DNA of 64,000 nucleotides from Myxococcales bacterium (GTDB lineage Bacteria > Desulfobacterota > Binatia > HRBIN30). This document shows, one piece after another, positions 19,380 through 30,440 of the stretch (positions within the stretch are counted from its first letter, which is position 1; the number at the start of each line of letters is the position of its first letter). The notes under the pieces are model-generated. The model was not told the origin of the DNA and searched no databases. It saw only the letters and a list, made by a program, of their open reading frames with translations. The stretch is taken from NCBI GenBank assembly GCA_037445065.1, contig JBBILD010000001.1, forward strand, positions 128,001-192,000, read 5' to 3'. The translations under genes were made by a program, and so were the position numbers.

Positions 19380-21431
19380 ATGGAGAAACGGCCGAATCGT
19401 TTGATTCATGAGAGTAGCCTCTATTTGCGCCAGCACGCGTACAACCCGGTTGACTGGTATCCATGGTGCGAGGAGGCATTCGCGCGTGCGCGCGCAGAGC
19501 AAAAACCCATATTGCTCAGCATCGGTTACTCGGCCTGCCACTGGTGCCACGTTATGGAACGGGAGTCCTTCGAAGATCCCGAGACCGCGCGCCTGATGAA
19601 CCAGTTGTTCGTTAACATCAAAGTGGACCGCGAGGAACGCCCAGACATTGACCAGGTATACATGAATGCGGTCCAACTCCTGACGGGTCGTGGTGGTTGG
19701 CCGCTGACGGTGTTTTTGCGGCCTGACGGCACTCCGTTTTACGGCGGTACCTATTTTCCGCCGGAGGATCGGTTTGGCTTGCCATCTTTCCGGCGCGTCT
19801 TGCTGGCGGTCGCTCAGGCATACCGCGAGCGGCCGGACGAAATCGACAAAACCGCGGCGCAAATCCTCGATGCCCTGCGCAAGATCGAGGCAACCGCCGC
19901 GCCGGGCGAAGAATCCCTGGATGCCTCCTTGCTCGACACCGCTACGGCCCGGCTTACCGCTTTGTACGACCGGGAACACGGAGGACTCCGCGGAGCTCCG
20001 AAATTTCCCAATCCCTCCGTCTTTGAGTTTTTCCTGCAACAGGCTGTTGCAGCGCAGCGCCCCGAGCTGCTCTCGATGGTCCGCCACACCCTCGAAGCGA
20101 TGGCGCGGGGCGGCATTTACGACCAACTTGGCGGTGGTTTTCACCGCTACTCGGTAGACGAGCGTTGGCTTGTGCCGCATTTCGAGAAGATGCTGTACGA
20201 CAACGCGTTACTCGTCCCCTTGTACTTGCGCGGCTTTCTGTGCACCGGCGAGCGCGACTTCGTGCGGGTGGCGCGAGAAACGTTGGCTTACCTGTTACGC
20301 GAAATGCGTCACCCTGAAGGGGGTTTTTACGCTTCGCAAGATGCCGACAGCGAGGGCGAAGAAGGTCGCTTCTTTGTTTGGCGGCACGACGAAATCCAGC
20401 GCGTGCTGGGCAAGGATCTAGGCGAACTTGCCTGCCGCTACTTCGGGGTCACCGAGGTGGGGAACTTCGAGGCCGGCCGCAATGTCTTACATCGGAGTTT
20501 GACGGTGTCCCAACTTGCCGGCCTCTACCAACTTCCAGAGGCCGATGTGGAGAGCCGACTGAAAGAGGCACGGCGGCGGCTGTTCGAGGTGCGGGAGACA
20601 AGGGTACGGCCGGCTCGCGATGAGAAGATCTTGGCCGCTTGGAACGGCATGGCGGTGTCCGCCTTTGCGTTTGCGGCCGGAGTGCTCAACGATTCACACT
20701 ACCAGGCAGTGGCCGAAGCGGGGCTGCGATTCCTACGGGAAAGGATGTGGCGGGATGGGCGCTTACTCAGCGTTTACGCGGATGGCCAAGCGAAGCATCT
20801 GGGCCACTTGGATGACTACGCCTTTGTACTGACCGCGGTTTTGGATGTTTTCGAAGTGAGTCAGACCATGGAACTGCTCGACTGGAGCCAGCGTCTGGCC
20901 GGAGTCCTGCTCGATCGCTTTTGGGACAACTCTGCAGCCGGTTTTTTCTTTACCAGCGATGAACACGAGGCGCTCGTGCATCGGTGTAAACCTTCCTTCG
21001 ACGGGGCCGTGCCTTCCGGGAACAGTGTTGCCTGCCGTGCGCTGCTGCGCCTATTTCACTGGACCGGCGAGGAGCGTTACCGAACCCACGCAGAAGCGAT
21101 GCTGAGCGCGTACGCGCCGGCGATGCGGGACCAGCCGTCAGGCTTTGCGAATTTTCTGTGTGCGGCTTCGTTTCAGATTCACCAGCCAAAGGAGATCGTT
21201 GTGGTACGCCACGATGAGTCTGCCGAGGCGCTGCTGCGCGCCGTGTGGGAAGCGTGTCTGCCCCACCGGATCTTGCTGGTTCTTCGTCCGGGCGATGGAA
21301 AACAAGCGCTGCCGCTTGCCGAGGGAAAGGTCGCAGCGGGCCCTCCGTCGTGCGCTTTCGTTTGCCACCGGATGACTTGCTCGCCACCTCTCAGGTCGGC
21401 CCAAGACCTGCAGCTCGCTTTGCGCTCTTGA
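19380..21431 (+). CDS. thioredoxin-domain protein, YyaL/SPATA20 (DUF255) family
   Basis: [50 protein letters not shown]. Confidence 0.93.
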   Translation: MEKRPNRLIHESSLYLRQHAYNPVDWYPWCEEAFARARAEQKPILLSIGYSACHWCHVMERESFEDPETARLMNQLFVNIKVDREERPDIDQVYMNAVQLLTGRGGWPLTVFLRPDGTPFYGGTYFPPEDRFGLPSFRRVLLAVAQAYRERPDEIDKTAAQILDALRKIEATAAPGEESLDASLLDTATARLTALYDREHGGLRGAPKFPNPSVFEFFLQQAVAAQRPELLSMVRHTLEAMARGGIYDQLGGGFHRYSVDERWLVPHFEKMLYDNALLVPLYLRGFLCTGERDFVRVARETLAYLLREMRHPEGGFYASQDADSEGEEGRFFVWRHDEIQRVLGKDLGELACRYFGVTEVGNFEAGRNVLHRSLTVSQLAGLYQLPEADVESRLKEARRRLFEVRETRVRPARDEKILAAWNGMAVSAFAFAAGVLNDSHYQAVAEAGLRFLRERMWRDGRLLSVYADGQAKHLGHLDDYAFVLTAVLDVFEVSQTMELLDWSQRLAGVLLDRFWDNSAAGFFFTSDEHEALVHRCKPSFDGAVPSGNSVACRALLRLFHWTGEERYRTHAEAMLSAYAPAMRDQPSGFANFLCAASFQIHQPKEIVVVRHDESAEALLRAVWEACLPHRILLVLRPGDGKQALPLAEGKVAAGPPSCAFVCHRMTCSPPLRSAQDLQLALRS

Positions 21432-21540
21432 TCGTCGTCACGGGGCCAGCGGCGGACGATGGAACCGGCCCGGGGGGAGCGACGTTCCCAGGTGCGGGAT
21501 GACTGGAGGCGGGCCGCACACCTTTACGGACGTTTTGAAA

Positions 21541-21581
21541 CAACAGTGACCCAAGCCCGAAAGGGCCTTGGGTTGCTGTTG
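21541..21581 (+). other. intergenic RNA hairpin (18-bp stem with G-U pairs, GAAA tetraloop)
   Basis: CAACAGTGACCCAAGCCC-GAAA-GGGCCTTGGGTTGCTGTTG; the G-U pairs form only on the + strand. Confidence 0.6.
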
Positions 21582-21658
21582 CAGGGTGGAACAGCAACCG
21601 ATCCTCTGAAACGGTCGGCATCTTGGCAATAGCTGGATCCTTCGGTAGACGCCCGCGC

Positions 21659-22852
21659 ATGGCGTACCTGCCGCTCGAGGGGACGCGGATTCTCGCCTTT
21701 ACCCAGTTGGGTGCGGGCCCGTACGCGATGACGATTCTAGCTGATCTCGGTGCCGAGGTAGTCAAAGTGGAGGATCCCCGCCTGGGTGGGGACGAAGCGC
21801 GGCGCGTGCCTCCGCAGGCGGAAGGAGGAGACAGCGTTTACTTTCAAGCGCTGAATCGAGGGGCGCGTTCCTTGACCTTGGATTTGCGCCATCCACTCGG
21901 ACGCGAACTCCTACACCGGCTAGTACGTGTGAGCGACGCGGTTTACGCGAATCTGCGCGGAGACCTTCCGAGCCGTTTAGGTCTGGATTATGCTGCGCTT
22001 GCCCCGCACAATCCGCGGATTGTTTGTTGTTGCCTGTCTGGGTTCGGGAAAACCGGCCCTCGTTGTACTCAGCCCGGCTACGACTTTCTCGTCCAGGCAT
22101 TGACCGGCTTCATGAGCCTCACGGGGGATCCGGATCAGAGTCCGCAGCGCTGCGGCGTTTCGGTGGTGGACTTCGCAGGCGGGCTCATGTCGGCTGTGGG
22201 GCTGTTGGCTGGCATCCTGCGTGCCCGGGCCACCGGCACAGGGGGCGATTTAGACGTTTCTTTGTTCGACACCGCGATTTCGATGCTCAACTACATGGCA
22301 GCATGGTGGTGGAATTTGGGACACGCTCCCCGGCGTTTGGCCGATGGTGCGCACCAGAGTTTGGTGCCGTCGCAAACCTTTGCGACCCGCGACGGCTTCG
22401 TCGTGATCATGTGCATGAAGGAAAAGTTTTGGCAGCGCCTGTGTGACCGGATTGGGCATCCTGAGTGGAAGCAGGATCCGCGCTTCCACACGTTTGCGGA
22501 CCGTTTCCGCAACCGGGATGTGCTGTTGCCTCTGCTCCGAGAAGTCTTCGCGCAGCGCACAACGGCGGAATGGATCCAGTTGCTCGAAGGGGAAGTACCG
22601 TGCGCTCCGGTACGATCTGTTCCCGAAGCGTTGGAGGACCCGCAGGTGGCTGCGCGCGAGCTGCGCATCTCCGTGCGCCATCCACGTTACGGGGAACTTT
22701 GGGAAGTCGGCTGTCCGATCCATTTTTCTGGCTGTGCGCCACGTTACCGAGCTGCCTCTGCCCTGGGAGCGGACACGCCGGAGGTGCTGGCGGACTGGCT
22801 CGGTATGGAAGCAGAGGAGATCCAGCGGTACCGGGCGGCGTGGCAGGTGTAG
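21659..22852 (+). CDS. family III CoA transferase (CaiB/BaiF)
   Basis: PLEGTRIL, AGPYAMTILADLGAEVVKVE, NRGARSLTLDL, PGYD, VVDFAGG. Confidence 0.92.
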   Translation: MAYLPLEGTRILAFTQLGAGPYAMTILADLGAEVVKVEDPRLGGDEARRVPPQAEGGDSVYFQALNRGARSLTLDLRHPLGRELLHRLVRVSDAVYANLRGDLPSRLGLDYAALAPHNPRIVCCCLSGFGKTGPRCTQPGYDFLVQALTGFMSLTGDPDQSPQRCGVSVVDFAGGLMSAVGLLAGILRARATGTGGDLDVSLFDTAISMLNYMAAWWWNLGHAPRRLADGAHQSLVPSQTFATRDGFVVIMCMKEKFWQRLCDRIGHPEWKQDPRFHTFADRFRNRDVLLPLLREVFAQRTTAEWIQLLEGEVPCAPVRSVPEALEDPQVAARELRISVRHPRYGELWEVGCPIHFSGCAPRYRAASALGADTPEVLADWLGMEAEEIQRYRAAWQV

Positions 22853-22856
22853 AGTC

Positions 22857-24038
22857 GTGGACCTGAGTTTTTCGCCGCGCGAGGAACAATTCCGCAGCGA
22901 GTTGCGTGCCTGGCTGCGCGTGCACCCGCCCCCCGAGCTGCCGGCTGACCTACCGCTGGCGGAAGAGGTCGAGGAGCTACGTGGCTGGCAGCACCTGCTG
23001 CATGAGGGTGGGTGGGTTGGGGTGCACTGGCCTCGCGAATACGGAGGGCGTGGTGCCTCGCTGGTCGAGAACTACATTTTGCAGGAGGAATTGGCCCAAG
23101 CTCGCTCGCCAGAGCTGATCGGCCGGATTGGCGTGAATTTGGTGGGGCCGACGCTTATCGCGCACGGCACAGAAGCGCAAAAGCGCCGCTTTCTCCGTAA
23201 AATCCTCTCTGCCGAGGACATCTGGTGCCAGTTGTTCTCCGAACCGCAAGCAGGATCCGATCTCGCCTCGTTGCGCTGCCAGGCAGAACCTTGCGAGCGC
23301 GGGTTCCTTGTGACTGGGGAAAAAGTATGGACGAGCTACGCCCAATTCGCTCGTTGGGGCATTCTCCTCGCGCGCACGGGCAAAGGGAGACGGAAGACCG
23401 ACGGGATTAGTTGCATGATCGTCGATATGCAGAGTTCCGGTGTAGAAGTGCGTCCCCTGCGGCAAATGACCGGGAGCGAAGAGTTCAACCAGGTCTATCT
23501 CGACCGCGTCTTCGTGCCCAGCGAGCATTTGGTGGGGGAGTGCGGGAAGGGCTGGGAGATTGCGCAGACAACCTTGGCCCATGAGCGTGGCACTTCGCCT
23601 CGCCAGTACGTCATCCACCGGATCTTCGTAGGGGAACTCTTGCGCGCCGCTCGTTCCTACCCCAAAGGCGGCATTCCGGCCGCGCGCCAACCGCAGTTGC
23701 GTCAGAGCCTCGCACAAGCGTGGATCGACGTGGAACTCTTCCGCCTTCATAATTGGCGCACTCTGAGCTTGCTTCAGCGCGGTTTGCCGCTCGGAGCACG
23801 AAGCTCGGTCGTCAAGTTGTTTTGGAGCGAAATGAGCCAGCGAATGCACGAGACGGCTCTTGCCCTCTTGGGTGCAAGCGGCACGCTGCTTGCCGGCGAC
23901 CCGCGGGCGCCGTTTTCGGGAAAGTGGGCGCGATCCTTCCTTTATTATCGGGCCGCGACGATTTTCGCTGGCACCTCCGAAATTCAGCGCAACATCCTTG
24001 CTACTCGTGCGCTTGGGCTGCCTCGCGGCGAGACCTGA
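22857..24038 (+). CDS. acyl-CoA dehydrogenase
   Basis: WPREYGGRG, WCQLFSEPQAGSDLA, FNQVYLD, TIFAGTSEIQRN. GTG 22857 (VDLSFS) chosen over the overlapping upstream start. Confidence 0.93.
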   Translation: MDLSFSPREEQFRSELRAWLRVHPPPELPADLPLAEEVEELRGWQHLLHEGGWVGVHWPREYGGRGASLVENYILQEELAQARSPELIGRIGVNLVGPTLIAHGTEAQKRRFLRKILSAEDIWCQLFSEPQAGSDLASLRCQAEPCERGFLVTGEKVWTSYAQFARWGILLARTGKGRRKTDGISCMIVDMQSSGVEVRPLRQMTGSEEFNQVYLDRVFVPSEHLVGECGKGWEIAQTTLAHERGTSPRQYVIHRIFVGELLRAARSYPKGGIPAARQPQLRQSLAQAWIDVELFRLHNWRTLSLLQRGLPLGARSSVVKLFWSEMSQRMHETALALLGASGTLLAGDPRAPFSGKWARSFLYYRAATIFAGTSEIQRNILATRALGLPRGET

Positions 24039-24137
24039 CGCGAGCGATTACGCTGCCACGCGGCAAAGCAGATTGCAGGTCTCTTACCATGCGCGGGTGG
24101 GATCCAGTTCCAACATCATTGCGCTTGTTGGCAGCCC

Positions 24138-24168
24138 AGGCCACGGCTTCCTCGCCCGTGGCCTTTCT
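24138..24168 (+). terminator. possible intrinsic terminator
   Basis: AGGCCACGG...CCGTGGCCT 9-bp stem followed by a short TTCT tract, downstream of the ACAD gene. Confidence 0.35.
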
Positions 24169-24260
24169 GCTGGGACCGGCCGACTCGGACTTGCACGGGC
24201 GCAAATTTGGGTTCAGACTTACGCGGCCAGATTGCGAGGCGGTTCTGGCGGAGGGTTGGC

Positions 24261-25004
24261 ATGCCGGCGCGCGGGAAGGGAGCGAGAGGAGATCGCACAC
24301 GCGAGCAGCGATTCAGCATACGGCCCTTTGCAAACTTGGCAGCCGCGTTTCGGGCTGTGCCACCGAGCGAGTCGCTTCCGCGTGCACCGCAGTTTCGGAG
24401 CGAGTTCGCTTCGAACGCGGAGAGCGACGCAGAACTCTTCTCGAAAGCGATGGCCGACGTAGTACCGCTCCCCGACCAGGATCGCGCACGTGTGGAGATG
24501 GCCGGTCCGGCTTGCCCGCCTCGGCCGTTGACGGACGAAGACGCGGAGGCGCTGGCTGAGCTGTCGGAGTTGGCAAACGGGGGCGGAAGCTTCGACGTGA
24601 CACTGACCGACGAGCATGTGGAGGGAATCTGCTCGGGCCTCGACTTGCGCCTACTGCAGCGATTGCGCCGGGGGGAGTTCGCTTGTCAGGGCCACTTGGA
24701 CTTGCACGGTTGCACTTGGGAGCAAGCGAAGCTCCGCGTAGATGCGTTTCTTACCCAGGCGCTGCGCGATGGGAAGCGTTGCGTGCTCATTGTCCACGGC
24801 CGCGGGAGGAACTCAAAGGACCAAGTCCCAGTGCTCAAATCGCGCCTGACCACGTATTTGTCGCGGAGTCGGTGGTCGCGGGCGCTGCTCGCTTTTTGTA
24901 GTGCACGTCCGGTCGATGGAGGTCCGGGCGCAACGTACGTGTTGCTGCGCCGCCGCCGTGGGGGCCGGGGCCAATGGCGGGTTGCAGCCGGAACCCACTG
25001 GTGA
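24261..25004 (+). CDS. Smr/MutS2 C-terminal domain protein
   Basis: LRRGEF...LDLHG, LIVHGRG, VLKS, AFCSARPVDGGPGATYVLL. Confidence 0.9.
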   Translation: MPARGKGARGDRTREQRFSIRPFANLAAAFRAVPPSESLPRAPQFRSEFASNAESDAELFSKAMADVVPLPDQDRARVEMAGPACPPRPLTDEDAEALAELSELANGGGSFDVTLTDEHVEGICSGLDLRLLQRLRRGEFACQGHLDLHGCTWEQAKLRVDAFLTQALRDGKRCVLIVHGRGRNSKDQVPVLKSRLTTYLSRSRWSRALLAFCSARPVDGGPGATYVLLRRRRGGRGQWRVAAGTHW

Positions 25005-25057
25005 GTGTTGCTACCAGCGGGAAAGGGCCAGAAGTCGGACGTGGGGAGGAGAAAATC

Positions 25058-25573
25058 GTGCTGAAATCGACGTGCACCGGTATGGTGCTGCTTCTGTTGA
25101 TGGCGGTGGCCGTCGCGGGCGCCGAGCTGTTGCTCCAGGGTGTGCCGTTGGAGGTCGCGGAAAAGCTTGCTGACGCGAAAACCATTTACGTTGCTACTGA
25201 GCGAAAAGACGGTTCGCGCAGCCGTCCCGCACCCGTGTGGTTCGGAGTAATGGACGGGGCGATTTGGTTCACCACCAGCCCGGAGAGCCACAAGGGAAAG
25301 CGCATTCGCCGCGGAAGCCCGGTGTATATCTCGGTCAAAGGGAAGGACGGGCCGTTTTTGCGCATGAAGGCCGAAGTCGTGCAAGATGGCGAAATCGCGG
25401 AAAGGCTGGGGAGGCTCTATGAGCGCAAATATTGGATCGCTTGGCTCGGCTTCTTTCGACCGAGTCGCGAACGTGTGGAATCGGGCCAGACTTTGCTCAT
25501 TCGAGTGAGCCCGGAGGCTAGCTCCGCAGAGCGGCCTTCGATCGGCACACAACGAAGCGAGGAGGAGCGGTAA
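25058..25573 (+). CDS. pyridoxamine-oxidase-like split-barrel protein (DUF2255/FDOR-like) with signal peptide
   Basis: IYVATERKDGSRSRPAPVWF...WFTT...K.KRI, Y..KY; hydrophobic N-terminus. Confidence 0.7.
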   Translation: MLKSTCTGMVLLLLMAVAVAGAELLLQGVPLEVAEKLADAKTIYVATERKDGSRSRPAPVWFGVMDGAIWFTTSPESHKGKRIRRGSPVYISVKGKDGPFLRMKAEVVQDGEIAERLGRLYERKYWIAWLGFFRPSRERVESGQTLLIRVSPEASSAERPSIGTQRSEEER

Positions 25574-25575
25574 CG

Positions 25576-26721
25576 GTGGACTTTGCGATTCGAGAGGAAG
25601 ACCGACTTCTCGCCGAAGCGGTTCGGTCCTTTGTCGAGAACGAGGTAAATCCGCGCTGGCGTGACATCGAGAGGGAAGATCGCATTCCCGAGGAGATTAT
25701 CGAGGAGGGGCGCCGTTTGGGCTTGTTCGGCCTCAGCGTGCCGGCTCAGTATGGAGGGCTTGGTTTGAGCGTTCTGCAGAAAGCGCTCGTCCATGAACAA
25801 CTGGGGCGCGGGCCGTGGGGTTTAGCGAGCTTTATCAGTGTTCATACCGGCATTGGCTGCGTCGGGATCGTGCGCTTTGGCTCGGAGGAACAAAAGCAGC
25901 GCTATCTGCCAAAAATGGCGCGGGGGGAGTGGTTGGGCTCTTTCGCCCTGACCGAACCGGACGCGGGTTCCGATGCAGGAGCCTTGCGGACTCGGGCGCA
26001 ACGGCGGGGCGACGAATTCGTCCTGAATGGCCGCAAGATCTTCATCACGAACGCGCCCCTCGCGCATCAATTTTTCTTGTTCGCTCGCTCCGAAAAAGGG
26101 ATCAGTGCGTTCTTAGTGGATCGCGACTCCCCGGGACTCAAGATTGGCAGCATTTTCGACACGCTCGGGCACCGCGGATCGCAGATTTCGGAGGTGGTGT
26201 TGGAGGATTGTCGGGTGCCGGCGAGCGCGCTGGTGGGAGAGGAAGGAAAAGGGTTTGAATACGCGAAGCGGACGCTGGCGGAGGGAAGAACGACGCTGGC
26301 AGCTCGCTGTGTCGGAGCCGCTCAAAAGGCGCTCGAACTCGCCCTGGAGTACGCCGAACAACGCCATACCTTCGGGAAGCCGTTAATCGAGCATCAGAGT
26401 ATCGCGTTTCGCTTGGCACAAATGAGCGCCCGTACCGAGGCGGCGCGTTTGCTGGTGTACCGGAGCGCGTGGCTGTTGGATCAAGGTGAGCCTGCGATTC
26501 GCGAGTCGTCTACGGCCAAACTGGTCGCTGCGGAGAACGCTTGGCAGACAGTTGACGATGCCATGCAGATTTTCGGCGGTAACGGTTACGTCCGGGGCGA
26601 GTACATGATCGAACGCATCTGGCGGGATGTGCGCGTGGCGCGTGTTTATGACGGCTCGAGCGAGGTGCAGCAAATCGTCATCGCCCAGCGCTTGCGCAAA
26701 GGGGACGTCGAGACCCGTTAG
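25576..26721 (+). CDS. acyl-CoA dehydrogenase (short/branched-chain type)
   Basis: FALTEPDAGSDA, NGRKIFITNA, QIFGGNGY, RVYDGSSEVQ. Confidence 0.93.
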   Translation: MDFAIREEDRLLAEAVRSFVENEVNPRWRDIEREDRIPEEIIEEGRRLGLFGLSVPAQYGGLGLSVLQKALVHEQLGRGPWGLASFISVHTGIGCVGIVRFGSEEQKQRYLPKMARGEWLGSFALTEPDAGSDAGALRTRAQRRGDEFVLNGRKIFITNAPLAHQFFLFARSEKGISAFLVDRDSPGLKIGSIFDTLGHRGSQISEVVLEDCRVPASALVGEEGKGFEYAKRTLAEGRTTLAARCVGAAQKALELALEYAEQRHTFGKPLIEHQSIAFRLAQMSARTEAARLLVYRSAWLLDQGEPAIRESSTAKLVAAENAWQTVDDAMQIFGGNGYVRGEYMIERIWRDVRVARVYDGSSEVQQIVIAQRLRKGDVETR

Positions 26722-27521
26722 GCCGTGCCCAACTTGCCGTGCGCCTGGAGTAGCTCCAGCACCGCATCGTGCAGGAATCCGTTGGTGGCAATGATGCCTG
26801 GGAGGCGGGTGTTTTCTTGGTTGAAGCGTAAGGGCTGGCCGTAACGGTCGGTAATTTTTCCGCCCCCGGCTTCGATCAAGGCCGCACCCGCACAGATGTC
26901 CCACTCGTTTTTGGGAGTCAGGCTAAAGGTGGCATCCGCCTTGCCAGCGGCGATGAGCGCCAACTTATAGGCGACGCTTCCCGTGAGTTCCACGCGCAGC
27001 TCTCCTTTGAACTCATCCCACTCACCGCGGCGGTCTTCACTGCGACTCGCCAAAAAGCGCGCCTGCTGGAGATCCGCGGCGGTGCTGACCTTTGCGGGCT
27101 TCCCATTGAGAAACATACCTCTCTGCCGCGCCCCGCAGAACAATTCTTCTCGCACCGGATTGTACGCGATACCGAGCACGGCCTCCCCCTCCACCGCTAG
27201 CGCAATGCACACCACGAACTCCGGAATCTGCTCCACGAATTCGCGGGAGCCGTCGAGTGGATCGACGATCCAAACTCTGCCGCGGTGGAGGCGTTCTTTT
27301 GAGTCGCGGGTCTCTTCCGAGAGCCAACCGTGGTCAGGAAACGCACGGCGAAGGCTGTCTTCGATCACGCGGTTGGCAGCTAGGTCTGCCTCCGTGACTG
27401 GATCGTTGGCGCGTTTGTAGCGAACGTGAAGGTTGCCTCCGAAGCGTTGCCGAATTTCGGTTCCGGCGCGTAGTGCGGCTTCAATCGCCACCGCCCACTC
27501 TCGCTCGGAGACCCAGGTCAT
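26718..27521 (-). CDS. cysQ: 3'(2'),5'-bisphosphate nucleotidase / inositol monophosphatase family (CysQ-like)
   Basis: [34 protein letters not shown] 27521 overlaps the upstream stop. Confidence 0.8.
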   Translation of the reverse strand: MTWVSEREWAVAIEAALRAGTEIRQRFGGNLHVRYKRANDPVTEADLAANRVIEDSLRRAFPDHGWLSEETRDSKERLHRGRVWIVDPLDGSREFVEQIPEFVVCIALAVEGEAVLGIAYNPVREELFCGARQRGMFLNGKPAKVSTAADLQQARFLASRSEDRRGEWDEFKGELRVELTGSVAYKLALIAAGKADATFSLTPKNEWDICAGAALIEAGGGKITDRYGQPLRFNQENTRLPGIIATNGFLHDAVLELLQAHGKLGTA

Positions 27522-28615
27522 CGCATCTGCTCGAGCACGGTGCGGTATTTTGCACTGAGTGCCGCCAACATTTCCTCGCGCCGGTGATAAAGCCGTTTGG
27601 ACCGGCGGCGCCGCCGGTTGCTCAGCGCGTAGGCAGTGAGAATAGGCAGGGCCACTGTGGTATCTACGTAACAGACGATCGAACGAGGCAGGGCGGCAGG
27701 GTCCACCTTCCCCCAACTCACTGCCTCCGCCGGCGTCGCCCCCGACAACCCTCCGGTGTCGGGACGTGCATCGGTGAATTGGATGAAGTAGTCGTGCCCT
27801 TTTTCGGAGATGCCGAGCACTTCTTGAAGCTGGGGCTCTGTTTGCAGCACGAAGTTTTTGGGAGAGCCCCCTCCCAGGATCAACACACCGCTCCTACCTC
27901 CGCTAGTCTTGGCCTGGAAGACAATCGCCGTGGTCTCGTTTACGTCGCGAGACACGTCGAACGACAGTTGGTTCCCGATCAGGGCCAGCGCGGCAACGTT
28001 CATCCCGATCGAGCTGTCGCCAGGGGAGGAGGTGTAAATCGGTACCCCTTGCCGGTAAGCCGCTGCGAGTAACGAGCGTTTGCCGCCGAGGAGGCGTTCC
28101 CGTTCGGCGACGTACTTGCCGAGCCGGTAGTGGAACTCGGCAGTGCTCATGGAGGTTTGGAACTCCGGGGCGGTCAATACCTTGCGAAAGAAGGCGTCCG
28201 TTTTCAGGAGCACTTCGTACTCGAAGAAGATGTCGTAGATGCGGACGATGCCTTTCTCGCGAAGTTCCACGTCATTGGCGAACGGCGACCCGGCGTGCAG
28301 CTCGAGCCCGATCCCGAAGTGGGTGTCGTGGTACAAGTTCGCCCCGGTGCTCACAATCCAGTCGATGAAACCGGCGTCGACCAGCGGAATCAGAGCGGCG
28401 ATGCCAAGCCCGGCAGGGGTGAGCGCCCCAGTGAGGCTTACCCCCACAGTTACGTTGTCTTCGAGCATTTCGCGCGTGAACAACTGGCAGGCTTCACGCA
28501 AGCGCGCCGCATTGTAAGCGAGAAAGGTATGGTCCACGAGTTCGGTAAGGCTCATGCCCCGGCGAATCGGCTGGGGTTCGATGCGCGGATATCCCTGCAA
28601 ACGATCTTTCTTCAT
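27518..28615 (-). CDS. deoxyhypusine synthase-like protein (SpeY/homospermidine-type)
   Basis: [46 protein letters not shown] with the catalytic Lys retained. Confidence 0.9.
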   Translation of the reverse strand: MKKDRLQGYPRIEPQPIRRGMSLTELVDHTFLAYNAARLREACQLFTREMLEDNVTVGVSLTGALTPAGLGIAALIPLVDAGFIDWIVSTGANLYHDTHFGIGLELHAGSPFANDVELREKGIVRIYDIFFEYEVLLKTDAFFRKVLTAPEFQTSMSTAEFHYRLGKYVAERERLLGGKRSLLAAAYRQGVPIYTSSPGDSSIGMNVAALALIGNQLSFDVSRDVNETTAIVFQAKTSGGRSGVLILGGGSPKNFVLQTEPQLQEVLGISEKGHDYFIQFTDARPDTGGLSGATPAEAVSWGKVDPAALPRSIVCYVDTTVALPILTAYALSNRRRRRSKRLYHRREEMLAALSAKYRTVLEQMR

Positions 28616-28766
28616 GGTCCCATCTCGAGCGGAGATCGAAGGTGCGGCGGTCGAGCAGGCGCTAACAAATCTCGCCTGGGCGGTGCAACCGGCCAGGCCG
28701 CAAGAGCAACCGCTGCAGTTGAATGCACAGGGTGGCAACCAGCGTCGAGTGTGCTTTTCCCGCGCT

Positions 28767-29324
28767 TCAGAAGTAGCGGCTGTTCGCCCGGTTGTGACCG
28801 CGTTGGGTGACGAGGGTTTGTACCTCGGCGAATAGCTGGTCGAGCGCCTGCTCTAATTCGAGACGGTTGCACTCGAGTTCTTGCGTGAGATCGCGCAGCC
28901 GCACCGGCTCGAGACTCTCGTAAGCGCGCAGGTAGCGGCGCTGCAGCTCGTTCCGTTCACTCAGAAGGCGGTCGGCCTTGGCCAGCGAAAGCAGTCGCAC
29001 GCTGCCCCCGCAGAGTTCGTTCGTGAGCGAAATCATACGCGCCAGCAACGCGGCGTGGTGGTTGACAACCTCGCTTAACAGGGCCGGCTGGCGCACGGGC
29101 TCGAGAAAGAACGCCAGGCGGAGCTGGCGCAGCGCAGCGTCGGCAGCTCCGAGCTTGAGCAATACATCCGATTGCTGCGCCTTGCGTTGGTGAGTGGCGA
29201 AGCGGCGCCGCTCGAAAAGATTCTCAATTGGCTCGGCTGCCGCAGAGAGAAGCAAAATGATCACGTAAGCGGTGATCACGATAGCGGCGAGGACGACTGC
29301 AACCGAGAAAACCGGTGTCAACAT
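28767..29324 (-). CDS. hypothetical membrane-anchored coiled-coil protein
   Basis: N-terminal TM segment followed by a Leu-rich helical region. Confidence 0.65.
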   Translation of the reverse strand: MLTPVFSVAVVLAAIVITAYVIILLLSAAAEPIENLFERRRFATHQRKAQQSDVLLKLGAADAALRQLRLAFFLEPVRQPALLSEVVNHHAALLARMISLTNELCGGSVRLLSLAKADRLLSERNELQRRYLRAYESLEPVRLRDLTQELECNRLELEQALDQLFAEVQTLVTQRGHNRANSRYF

Positions 29325-29467
29325 GGCCGCACGACTTGCTTTTGCTGCAACGATTCAGATCGCAAGGATCGCTCAAATCAGCTGTGTTCCTTCATACGCC
29401 TTGTGGGCCTCTGAAACAATGGGGAAGAATGGAGTCGAGGCTGGATGAGACGCGGTGGGAGGAAACG

Positions 29468-30344
29468 ATGAACAAGGCGTGCCTGTTCCACGATCCCAGT
29501 GACGTGTACGTTGGCCGTTGGGTCACCTCGCACGACATTGAAATCAGCCCCGAACTCGCAGAGTGGTACTGCCAGGGCACCGGAGATTCGCTTCAGTCGT
29601 ACGGTGCTTTCTCCGTGGTCGGCTTGCCGGTTGCACCAGCCTTGATCCTGCACTCGGAGGTGCACAGCGATCTTTGTTGGTACCTTACCATCTTGTTCGG
29701 GAGCCTTCACGCGCGGCAAGAATGGGGGCTGTTCGCACCGATTTGTATTGGCGAACGCGTGCGGACCCAGGTGGTCGTGGTAGAGCGGTACCACAAGCGA
29801 AACCGCAATTACGCGGTAGCGGAAGTGTTGGTGATGGATGAACACGGACATTGGCTGCAGCGGAGCCGCACTCACCAGAGCCTCCCGACAGAGAATCCGG
29901 CGGATGGTTTTGCTGTCGATCGAGAAAGTGAGAAGGAGCCGCGCAAACCGTGGGAGGTCGAACCGCTGGGGGCAGCGCTAGAAGGGTTCGAGCGGATTAT
30001 TTCATTGCCAACGTGCGAGAGCTTCTCCGCTCCAGTCCGCACCTACCACACAGACCGAGAGATGGCGCGGGCGATGGGCTTTCCGGATGTCGTGGTGCAG
30101 GGAATGATGCCGATCTGCTTTGTGTCCGAACTGATGAGCCGGAGTTTCGGACAGGGCGGTGGTACGGGGGGAAGCTGAACGTGAAACTGGTGAACGTCGT
30201 GTGGGCCGGAGACCGCCTGCGTGTTCGTGGAACAGTGACGGAAACCGCCGCGAGGGCGCGAGGACGCGGGCGTTTTGCAAGGTGTGGTGCGAAAAAGACG
30301 GAGGCGTGGTGACATGAGTCGGAACTGCCAGTGCCCTCCGCTGA
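29468..30344 (+). pseudogene. double hot-dog (MaoC-like) dehydratase, disrupted
   Basis: First frame ends ...HTDREMARAMGFPDVVVQGMM...FGQG. It continues in a second frame as WYGGKLNVKLVNVVWAGDRLRVRG and in a third as EGARTRAFCKVWCEKDGGVVT*VGTASAL. This implies two frameshifts (about 30158 and 30250) and an in-frame TGA at 30315. Confidence 0.75.
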
Positions 30345-30440
30345 TCAAGAAAAGCAGGCGCCCGGTGGAGCGTTCGGACTCCTCCCCGGGGCGGCGCTCG
30401 TGGGTTGCAGGAAGCGAATGCCGGGCTAGGGACATGGACC

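Noticed and set aside
30315..30317. In-frame TGA as selenocysteine or programmed readthrough
   Set aside because: It is not at a catalytic Cys position, no SECIS-like hairpin was recognised, and it follows two frameshifts, so decay is the simpler explanation.
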